DNA from: Candidatus Rokuibacteriota bacterium
Lineage (GTDB): Bacteria > Methylomirabilota > Methylomirabilia > Rokubacteriales > DASRDR01
NCBI GenBank assembly: GCA_044866005.1
Contig: JBIOTN010000175.1
Span: 1 to 64,000 of the forward strand
Length of the DNA stretch: 64,000 nucleotides
Reading direction: 5' to 3'
The notes under the pieces are model-generated. The model saw nothing but the letters and a program-made list of their open reading frames with translations, made no database searches and was not told the origin of the DNA. The number at the start of each line of letters is the position of its first letter. The stretch's first letter is position 1. Below are positions 57,258 through 64,000 of the stretch, in pieces. The position numbers were made by a program, and so were the translations under genes.

Positions 57258-57869
57258 GTGATCTGCCCGCAGTGTCGCGCCACGGTCCCGGACGAGAGCG
57301 CCTTCTGCCTGCGCTGCGGCGCGCGGCTCCGGTCCCCCGAGCGCCCCGCCCGGACCAACGGCGGCGGCTCGGCCCTGACGACCGCGCCGCGCGAGACCCC
57401 GCCGGCGAGCGCGACGACCCGAGGGCCCACGGCGGCCCCGGGCGGCAAGCACCCCTACGCCCTGAGCTTCAAGCCGCTCGCGGACGAGCGCCTGCGCTAC
57501 CGCGTCGCGCGGTGGGTCTGCGAGCAGGCGCCGGCCCACGGGCTCCCCGACGTCCAGGCGGCGTTGACGCGGGGCGAGTTCGCCACCTTCCTGGCGCTGA
57601 CCCATGATGAGGCCGGGCGGGCGCGTGCGGGCATCGAGGCGCTCGGCGTCCATCCCGCGCTCTGGCAGCTCGCGCCGGCGACGGCCGCTGAGTTGCTCCT
57701 GCCGCGGACGTCCCCGCCGGCGACGGCGGGCTGGAGCCTGCAGAAGAAGCTCGTCGTCGCGGTCCTCGCGGTCGCCGCGCTGGCCGGGTTGGGCACGGCG
57801 GCGATGTATCTGCACCATCCGGGCGCCCCGGTGTCTCCCGGCGCGCCCTCGATCGGAGGCCAGCCATGA
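57258..57869 (+). CDS. Zinc-ribbon domain membrane protein
   Basis: CPQC...FCLRCG, C-terminal TM. Confidence 0.8.
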   Translation: MICPQCRATVPDESAFCLRCGARLRSPERPARTNGGGSALTTAPRETPPASATTRGPTAAPGGKHPYALSFKPLADERLRYRVARWVCEQAPAHGLPDVQAALTRGEFATFLALTHDEAGRARAGIEALGVHPALWQLAPATAAELLLPRTSPPATAGWSLQKKLVVAVLAVAALAGLGTAAMYLHHPGAPVSPGAPSIGGQP

Positions 57870-58819
57870 GCGATGTCTCGCGCCGTGACTTTCTCGCGGG
57901 GGCCGCCGCGACGACCGCCGCGTCCGCCGTCGCCGCGTCCCCGGCCGCGGCCCTCGAGACCGTCAACGTCGAGGCCTTCATCACGGGGGTCCGCGCGGCG
58001 CGCGTCTTCGATCTCGGCTTCACCTGGGACAGCCGCGCCCCCGTCCTGTCGCTCAACCCGCCGTTCGCCTTCGCGCTGAACGCCACGCACCGGCAGACGT
58101 ACGAGGTCTTCGGGAGCGCGGCGGGGAGCCAGGTGTCCTGGGCGTCGGAGATCATGTACTTCTCGGGCCAGCACGGCGCCCCGACCATCGACGCCATCGG
58201 CCACATCGGGCGGAACCTGAAGCTCCACGGCGGGGTGGACGCGGTCGCGGCGACCGCGCGCCCCGACGGCATCGGCAACGACCTGGGGATCGAGACCTTC
58301 CCCGCCGAGCTGCTCCTCAGCCGGGGCCTGCTCCTCGACGTGGCCCGCGTCGTCGCGAGCGGACGACCGGATCCGCTCGCCTCGGGCTTCGAGATCACCG
58401 CGCGCCACCTCGAGGACGCCGCGCGCGCCCACGGCGTCACCCTGCGCCGGGGCGATGCCGTGCTGATCCGGACGGGGTGGGGTCAGTACTTCGGGAAGGA
58501 CAACGCCCGGTACCTGGGCGAGAAGTCACCCGGTCCGGGGGTGGACGCCGCGCGCTGGCTGGCCGCGCAGGGCGTGCGGCTCACCGGGACGGACACGGCG
58601 ACCTACGAGGTCCGTCCCGCCGTGCACGGCTCGGAGCTCTTCCCCGTCCACATGCTCCTGATCGCGGACCACGGGATCTATCTCGTCGAGAACGCGAACC
58701 TCGAAGAGCTCGGCGCGGCCGACGTCCATCTCTTCCTGCTCGTCGTGCCGCCGCTCCGGATCCGAGGGGCCTCCGGCTCCCCCCTCCGGATGCTGGCCCT
58801 GACCCCCCGGACCACCTGA
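57866..58819 (+). CDS. Tat-exported cyclase/kynurenine-formamidase-family hydrolase
   Basis: SRRDFL, H...ID..GH, GD.VLIRTG, PG, G.D, H..L....G...VEN, PL.I.G.SGSP. Confidence 0.9.
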   Translation: MSDVSRRDFLAGAAATTAASAVAASPAAALETVNVEAFITGVRAARVFDLGFTWDSRAPVLSLNPPFAFALNATHRQTYEVFGSAAGSQVSWASEIMYFSGQHGAPTIDAIGHIGRNLKLHGGVDAVAATARPDGIGNDLGIETFPAELLLSRGLLLDVARVVASGRPDPLASGFEITARHLEDAARAHGVTLRRGDAVLIRTGWGQYFGKDNARYLGEKSPGPGVDAARWLAAQGVRLTGTDTATYEVRPAVHGSELFPVHMLLIADHGIYLVENANLEELGAADVHLFLLVVPPLRIRGASGSPLRMLALTPRTT

Positions 58820-58894
58820 CCGCCCCGCCGAGGGCCGGCAACGTCTCGCAGTAGCGAAGGGTCTGCGCCCTAGTGGGATCATGCGCGAGCCGTC

Positions 58895-58975
58895 CGAGCG
58901 CCGGCTCCGCCGGCGGCCCACCCGCCCAGCCCGAAGAGGTTGGGGAATCGGGGGGGTGTTCCGAGACCCCCCCGA
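58895..58975 (+). repeat. Two-hairpin REP-like repeat, copy 5 (with insert)
   Basis: Between convergent genes; compensatory stem change. Confidence 0.75.
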
Positions 58976-58979
58976 AAAG

Positions 58980-59564
58980 CTAGCGGGCCGACCAGGTGAC
59001 CTTGCCGGACTTGCTGAAGAGCGTCAGGCCGGGCGAGCCGTCGGCCTCGAGGTTCAAGAGCGCCCGCCCCTGGCCGTCGCGGTCGTAGAGGCCGAAGGCC
59101 AGGATCCCGTCCACCGTCGTCCCGAGCACCGCGCGCAGCTTGCCGTTCTGCTCGAGCCGCAAGGCCGGCCGGCCGTCGGGGTTGACGAAGAGCTTCACGC
59201 CCGTCCCGCTCTCCCCGCCGGAGAGCAGGAGCTCGGATTGCGCCAGCGCGGCGCGCGTCCGCTCGTTCTCGTCGAGGAGCACGAGCACGGGCGCGCCCTC
59301 GTGCGAGATGGCGAGCGTCGCCCGCATGACCCCGCTCTTGTCCCGCAGCACGAACTGCTGCGCCTCGACGACGTCCGGCGCCTTCCGCGGCATCGGGAGC
59401 GGCAGCTCGACCCCCTTGGCCGTGGCCCACGGCACGGTCTGGCCCGCCGCGACGGCGGCGGCGACCCCCGCGAGGCCGAGGACGGCGAGACGTCGCCAGC
59501 GGCGATTCTCCCGCTCGAGGCGTTCGACGCGGCGGGTCAGCTCGGCGGTGGTCGGCTCGATCAT
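58980..59564 (-). CDS. Hypothetical membrane-anchored protein with beta-hairpin repeats
   Basis: Coiled coil, TM, repeated L.D..G..RA.L units. Confidence 0.8.
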   Translation of the reverse strand: MIEPTTAELTRRVERLERENRRWRRLAVLGLAGVAAAVAAGQTVPWATAKGVELPLPMPRKAPDVVEAQQFVLRDKSGVMRATLAISHEGAPVLVLLDENERTRAALAQSELLLSGGESGTGVKLFVNPDGRPALRLEQNGKLRAVLGTTVDGILAFGLYDRDGQGRALLNLEADGSPGLTLFSKSGKVTWSAR

Positions 59565-59870
59565 TGGCGCCCTCCCTCGCATCGGCGGCGGTGGCGATAC
59601 CGCACCGGGTCACGCGGCCCCCGCTACCCTGCCCTCCGCCGCGGCGCTTTGTCAAATCTTCAGGAGATCGGGGAACTCCCCTACGGCCCCGGCGGGGCAA
59701 AAATTGCGCGGCGCCGTGCAAGGGGGCGGGATCCCGGGCACGGCCGGCGCGCCCAGGCGGGCCGCGACGGCGGCGGGGCGGACGACGCGGGTTGGCGAGC
59801 GCTTTGCTCTGACGCCCGGTAGGCCCACGTGTGGCCCGCGGTCCACCGCGTCGTGACCCGGAGGTCGACC

Positions 59871-60641
59871 ATGATCCGACCCGCACGCGTCCTCGCCCCG
59901 CCCCTCCCCTCCGTGGCCTCCCTCGCCGACGCGCCGGCCGCCGGCCCCCCCGGGCCGCCGCGCCCCCGGGCCAGGCGGCCCGCCGTGCTGGCGGCGCTCC
60001 TGGCCGCCCTCGCCGTCGCCGGGTGCGCGGGCCCGATGAGGCAAGTCGCCCGGAGCGTCGAGCACCTCTACCGCTCCGATCGGCTCAACGGCGACCTCCC
60101 CAAGCACCGCGTCGCCGTGCTCCTCGCCTCCACGCGCCCGGAGCTCGGCCAGTGGCGGCAGTCCGCGTCCGACTCCCTCGTCGGCGTCTTCCGGGAGCAG
60201 CGGCCCGACGTCGCCGTGATCCCGTGGGAGGAGACGGTGAGCCGGATCAACGCGGCCGAGGCCACCGACGCCTATGCGGAGATGCTGCGGACCTACGACG
60301 CGACCGGCATCCTCAAGAAGGCGCACCTCAAGACGCTCGGCACCACCCTGAACACCCGCTACATCGCGCAGCCCAGCCTGATCGTGTTCACCGAGCGCAC
60401 CAACACGCGGCTGGGCTTCTTCGGGCTCCGCCTCGTGGAGACGCGCGAGGCGACGGCCCGCGGGCGGCTTCAGATCTGGGACGTGGAGGACGCGCGGATC
60501 GTCTGGACGGCGGAGAGCGAGGCGACGCTGGCCGGCGAAAACGTCCTCTCCCGCCCGATCGGGTTCGAGGTGATCCGCTTCGTGTGGCAGGACCTCGTCC
60601 GCCGCCTGCTAGACGGGAACGATCATCCACAGGCCAGCTGA
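59871..60641 (+). CDS. Hypothetical lipoprotein
   Basis: SD GGAGG, lipobox VAGC, CsgG/LpoB-like beta pattern. Confidence 0.7.
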   Translation: MIRPARVLAPPLPSVASLADAPAAGPPGPPRPRARRPAVLAALLAALAVAGCAGPMRQVARSVEHLYRSDRLNGDLPKHRVAVLLASTRPELGQWRQSASDSLVGVFREQRPDVAVIPWEETVSRINAAEATDAYAEMLRTYDATGILKKAHLKTLGTTLNTRYIAQPSLIVFTERTNTRLGFFGLRLVETREATARGRLQIWDVEDARIVWTAESEATLAGENVLSRPIGFEVIRFVWQDLVRRLLDGNDHPQAS

Positions 60642-60911
60642 CGCGAGCAGGAGCCCGAGCCCGACGAGGGCGCTCCCGGCGCCCGTCGCCAGACCGAACG
60701 CCAGCCAGCCGTAACCGATCGCGCCGAGGCCCAGGACCATGAGCGCGGCGCCGACGACGTTCCAGTAGCCCCACACCCAGGTGAGCGCGCGCCGCCGGAA
60801 CACGAGCCACGTGAGGACGTGGGCGGTGACGCCGATCAGCACGACGAGCGTGGCGAGGGAGAGCGCCGTCCGCAGGCCCGAGCCCACCGTCTCGACGAGC
60901 CGTTCCAGCAT
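60609..60911 (-). CDS. Small three-TM membrane protein
   Basis: SD GGAGGG, hydrophobic; alternative start 60947. Confidence 0.75.
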   Translation of the reverse strand: MLERLVETVGSGLRTALSLATLVVLIGVTAHVLTWLVFRRRALTWVWGYWNVVGAALMVLGLGAIGYGWLAFGLATGAGSALVGLGLLLASAGLWMIVPV

Positions 60912-60943
60912 CGACCCTCCCGGCGCGCGCGCGGCGCCGGGCC

Positions 60944-61720
60944 TCACTCCCGCGACAGGCAGTCGTCGGGGAGGCACTCCACGGGCGTGAAGTCGCGCTC
61001 GTGGATGTAGTCCGGCCGCTTGAACGTGAGCTGGGCGTTCTCGACGGGGTTGGCGATCGCGGAGAAGATCGTCCGCGGCCACGGCGACATGTTGCCGTTC
61101 GAGCCGTGGACCATGCAGTCGCCGAAGACGAGGCCCGTGCCGGCCGGTCCCGTGGCCGACACGATCCCGCGCGCCTCGACGAGCCGGGCGATGGTCGCGT
61201 GGTCGAGCGTCCAGAGCGGATAGCTCGTGGTCGCGGTGTCGTGCCCCGCGCCGAGCAGCCCGTACCGGTGGGAGCCCGGGATGAACATCAGCGGGCCGTT
61301 GAACTCGTTGACGTCGTCCAGGAACACGTGGAGGTTCAAGGCCGTCGGCTGGGGGACCCCGTCTTCCGCGTGGTGCGTCGCGAAGTCCTGGTGCCACTGC
61401 CAGACCTCGCCCGCGAACGGCGCCTTCGCGTTGACCTTGATCTGCTGGAGGTAGACCTTGCCGCCCGTGAGCTGCATGGCCGGCTCGAGGAGGCGCGGGT
61501 GCCGCACGAGGCGCGCGAAGAGCGCGCTGCGGCGATGGAGCGCGAACGCGGTCCGGACCTCGTCGCTCCCCTTCTCCCGCCAGTTCTCGGGCCGGCGCTC
61601 GGCGTAGAGGGCGGGCAGCTCCCCGCGGAGCCGTGCGGCCTCCGCGGGCGAGAAGAGGCCCGGCAGGACGAGGAAGCCGTCCCGCTGGTATCGCGCGACC
61701 TGCTCGTCCGTCAGCCACAT
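60944..61720 (-). CDS. PhyH-family Fe(II)/2-oxoglutarate dioxygenase (EctD/proline hydroxylase-like)
   Basis: WHQD, NGPL..IPGSH, HGS..N.S...R. Confidence 0.92.
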   Translation of the reverse strand: MWLTDEQVARYQRDGFLVLPGLFSPAEAARLRGELPALYAERRPENWREKGSDEVRTAFALHRRSALFARLVRHPRLLEPAMQLTGGKVYLQQIKVNAKAPFAGEVWQWHQDFATHHAEDGVPQPTALNLHVFLDDVNEFNGPLMFIPGSHRYGLLGAGHDTATTSYPLWTLDHATIARLVEARGIVSATGPAGTGLVFGDCMVHGSNGNMSPWPRTIFSAIANPVENAQLTFKRPDYIHERDFTPVECLPDDCLSRE

Positions 61721-61891
61721 GGGCGGGCCCTCCGTCGTCTCGCGCCGCGGGGTGGGCGTCTCCCGGCGGGGCAAGCCTAGCCGGGGGGACGCCGCCGGTC
61801 AAGGCGCGCCAGACAGGCGCGGCAGAACCGCACGGGCGCCGGGGTGGCCCGGCGCCCGTATGGACGCTGCGTGGAGGCGGCGATCGCGGGT

Positions 61892-62113
61892 TTACCGCGA
61901 CCAGTCGTAGATCGTGCCGGCCGCCGCCCCCACGCCGGTACCGATCAGGGCGCCACTCGCCGCCCCGCGCCCGCGGTCCTTCTTGTCGACGCCGGCGCCG
62001 ATGGCGGCGCCGGCACCCGCGCCCACCGCCGCGCCGCCGAGCGTGCCGCAGGCGGCCGTCAGCAGCGCGAGCAGGGACAGGCCCACGATCGGGGCTACCA
62101 CGTGCTTCTTCAT
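61892..62113 (-). CDS. Glycine-zipper lipoprotein
   Basis: Lipobox TAAC, GAA.GAG.GA.IG repeats. Confidence 0.85.
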   Translation of the reverse strand: MKKHVVAPIVGLSLLALLTAACGTLGGAAVGAGAGAAIGAGVDKKDRGRGAASGALIGTGVGAAAGTIYDWSR

Positions 62114-62239
62114 GGGACTCGACCTCCTAGCCGGAGTCGGTGGAGCAAACGACGTTCCAGGCCCGCCTCGCTGCCTGCCGGGGCGTCCCCTCCGACGCCC
62201 TTCCTACACACCGACGATCACCCTCGCGCAGCCTGCCTG

Positions 62240-62460
62240 CGGGAGCGACCGACACCACGGTGCGGCTCAATCGGGTGCACGACAACGCCCTGGGCGGGAT
62301 CCAGGTCGGCGAGGGCGGCACCGGAAACCTCTTGCAAGCCAATCGGGCGCGCCAGAACGGCGTGTACGATCTGGCGGACTTCCCACCCGGCCCCTGCGCT
62401 CTCAACACATGGAAGGCCAACCGCGGCACACATCTCCTGGATGGCTGCGAGACGGGCTGA
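62240..62460 (+). pseudogene. C-terminal remnant of a right-handed beta-helix (NosD/CASH-like) protein
   Basis: V..N....N..GGI.V.....N....N.A..NG..DL.D....C..N.W..N; no credible start. Confidence 0.45.
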
Positions 62461-62571
62461 GCCCCTGCTCCTGTGTGACCGGCAGGCCAACAGACGGCCC
62501 CCTTGGCGACGCCGCATCCTCGCGGCCCTGCACACGTCCCGGGCTTTGGGCTACAATAAGGCGCGAAGGCC

Positions 62572-62838
62572 ATGCCGGACGCCTACCGCGAGTTCGAAGC
62601 CGAGAGCCTGTTCTGCCCGCGCTGCCGGCGGGCCGTGGCCGTGCGGAAGAAGCTCCTCCTCGTCCTGCCGACCGGCAACAAGTACGACTACGTCTGCCAG
62701 CAGTGCGGGACGCCGGTCGGCGGGAAGCTCGACCACGACTCCACCGCGTTCCGGCAGACCTCGCAGGCCGCCGTCGCGGCGGCTCGGCGCGCGCCGCCGC
62801 CCGAGCGTCCCACGCGGCCGCGTCGGCCCACTCCCTGA
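62572..62838 (+). CDS. Small zinc-ribbon protein
   Basis: CPRC...CQQC; TACAAT upstream. Confidence 0.8.
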   Translation: MPDAYREFEAESLFCPRCRRAVAVRKKLLLVLPTGNKYDYVCQQCGTPVGGKLDHDSTAFRQTSQAAVAAARRAPPPERPTRPRRPTP

Positions 62839-62851
62839 CGCGGAGGTCGCC

Positions 62852-63244
62852 ATGCCCAGGACCACCCAGCTCGTCCTCAGCCTCGCCTCGAAGCCCGGCG
62901 TCCTCGCGCAGGTCGCCTCGACGCTCGCCCAGGCCGGCGTGAACATCACGGCCATCTGCGCGGGCGAGGCCACCGGCGGCCGCGGCAAGATCCGCCTCCT
63001 CGTCGACAATCCGGCCCGCGCCACCGAGGCGCTCAAGGCGGCGAAGCTCCGGGTGGGCGAGGAAGAGGCGCTGACCGTCACCCTCGACAACCGCCCCGGC
63101 AGCCTCGCCGAGGTCGCCGAGCGGCTCGGCCGCGCCCGGGTCAACGTGAAGTGCGCCTACGCGACCACCCAGGGCGGCGGCCCGGCGCTCGTCGTGCTCT
63201 CGGTCTCGAACGCGGCGAAGGCACAGGCAGCGCTCGGCGGGTAG
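62852..63244 (+). CDS. Tandem ACT domain protein
   Basis: KPG.LA....LA.AGVNI and NRPG.LA....L....VNV; SD GGAGG. Confidence 0.92.
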   Translation: MPRTTQLVLSLASKPGVLAQVASTLAQAGVNITAICAGEATGGRGKIRLLVDNPARATEALKAAKLRVGEEEALTVTLDNRPGSLAEVAERLGRARVNVKCAYATTQGGGPALVVLSVSNAAKAQAALGG

Positions 63245-63252
63245 GGCGCCCG

Positions 63253-64000
63253 GTGGCCGGGGCGCGCGAGGGCGCCGAGGCAGGCCGCGCGCGCGCCTAT
63301 CACGAGGCGACGAAGCACTCGTGGCAGAGCGTCCGGGCGAGCGAGCACGTCCTCGACTGGGCGAACAAGCCCTTCCTCTTCAAGGTCTATCCTGACGCGC
63401 CGGCCGTCCCGCTGCCGCGCGATCTCCCGGCGCCCGAGATGCCCGCCCTCGACGCGGTGGGGGCAGGGCCGGTTGCCGCGGCGGGCCGCGCGCTCGACCT
63501 CGGCGGCCTCGCCCAGCTCCTCTTCTTCTCGGCCGGGCTGACCAAGAAGAAGGTCTACCCGGGCGGCGAGACGATCCACTTCCGCGCCGCCGCCTCGACC
63601 GGCGCGCTCTACGAGGTCGAGGTCTACGTCGTGGCGGGCGCCGTGGCCGGCCTCGAGCCGGGCGTCTACCATTTCGGGCCGGGCGACTTCGCCCTGCGCC
63701 GCCTCCGCGCGGGCGACTGCCGGGCCGCCCTGGCCGACGCCGCGAGCGACCCCGACGCGGTCCGGCGCGCGCCCGCCTCGCTCGTCCTGACCGCCCTCTA
63801 CGCGCGCAACACGTGGAAGTACCAGGCGCGGGCCTTCCGCCACTTCTTCTGGGATGCCGGGACCCTCCTCGCGAACCTCACCGCGACCGCGACCGCGGCG
63901 GGGCGGCCGGCGGCGATCCTGGTCGGCTTCGCCGATCCCGCCGTGAACCATCTCCTCGGCCTCGACCCGACCCGCGAGGGGAGCCTCGCCGTCGTGCCGC
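63253..64000 (+). CDS. SagB/ThcOx-family nitroreductase-like dehydrogenase, runs off the window edge
   Basis: Manual translation: YHEATKH..LDWANKP..FK.Y, R...S.GALY..E.Y, WKY..RA.R..FWDAG. Confidence 0.88.
   Translation, partial: MAGAREGAEAGRARAYHEATKHSWQSVRASEHVLDWANKPFLFKVYPDAPAVPLPRDLPAPEMPALDAVGAGPVAAAGRALDLGGLAQLLFFSAGLTKKKVYPGGETIHFRAAASTGALYEVEVYVVAGAVAGLEPGVYHFGPGDFALRRLRAGDCRAALADAASDPDAVRRAPASLVLTALYARNTWKYQARAFRHFFWDAGTLLANLTATATAAGRPAAILVGFADPAVNHLLGLDPTREGSLAVVP

Noticed and set aside
60944..61720. Naming the dioxygenase ectD
   Set aside because: Signature deviates (WHQDFATHH vs WHSDFETWH) and no ectABC nearby
63253..64000. RiPP (azole) cluster suggested by the SagB-like gene
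   Set aside because: No YcaO, precursor peptide or transporter in view; stand-alone SagB-like nitroreductases are common
1..64000. CRISPR array, tRNA or rRNA
   Set aside because: No regularly spaced repeats or recognisable structural RNA genes; the repeats found are dispersed hairpins or in-frame coding duplications

Overview
Very GC-rich bacterial DNA. Gene content and repeat style suggest a Rokubacteria/Methylomirabilota-like soil bacterium, but this is inference only. The window has four blocks. (1) 1-22.9 kb: envelope glycosylation cluster with six GT-C-type membrane glycosyltransferases, four polyprenyl-phosphate GT2s, a UPF0104 flippase-like protein, and methyl-, acetyl- and esterase tailoring genes. 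Four of the GT-Cs are ArnT/PMT-like paralogues (three complete ones carry tandem discoidin domains), one is YfhO-like and one has a C-terminal ILEI domain. (2) 23-25.9 kb: lower-GC scar with an orphan Rhs core/C-terminal tip, a secreted partner gene, a second Rhs fragment and a broken IS481-like transposase. (3) 25.9-47 kb: Wzx/Wzy-type exopolysaccharide locus with its own sigma54 activator, two kinases, two STAS proteins and a GH9. I found several sigma54 -24/-12 promoters, a repeated GTTGC-N10-GCAAC palindrome (candidate enhancer), and unannotated mini-ORFs that bridge gene junctions by stop/start overlaps. (4) 47-64 kb: protease, AddAB, aminotransferase, Tat cyclase, dioxygenase, ACT protein and a SagB-like nitroreductase. 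A two-hairpin intergenic repeat family occurs five times. No rRNA, tRNA or CRISPR array was seen. All calls come from motif reading by eye; no database searches were run.
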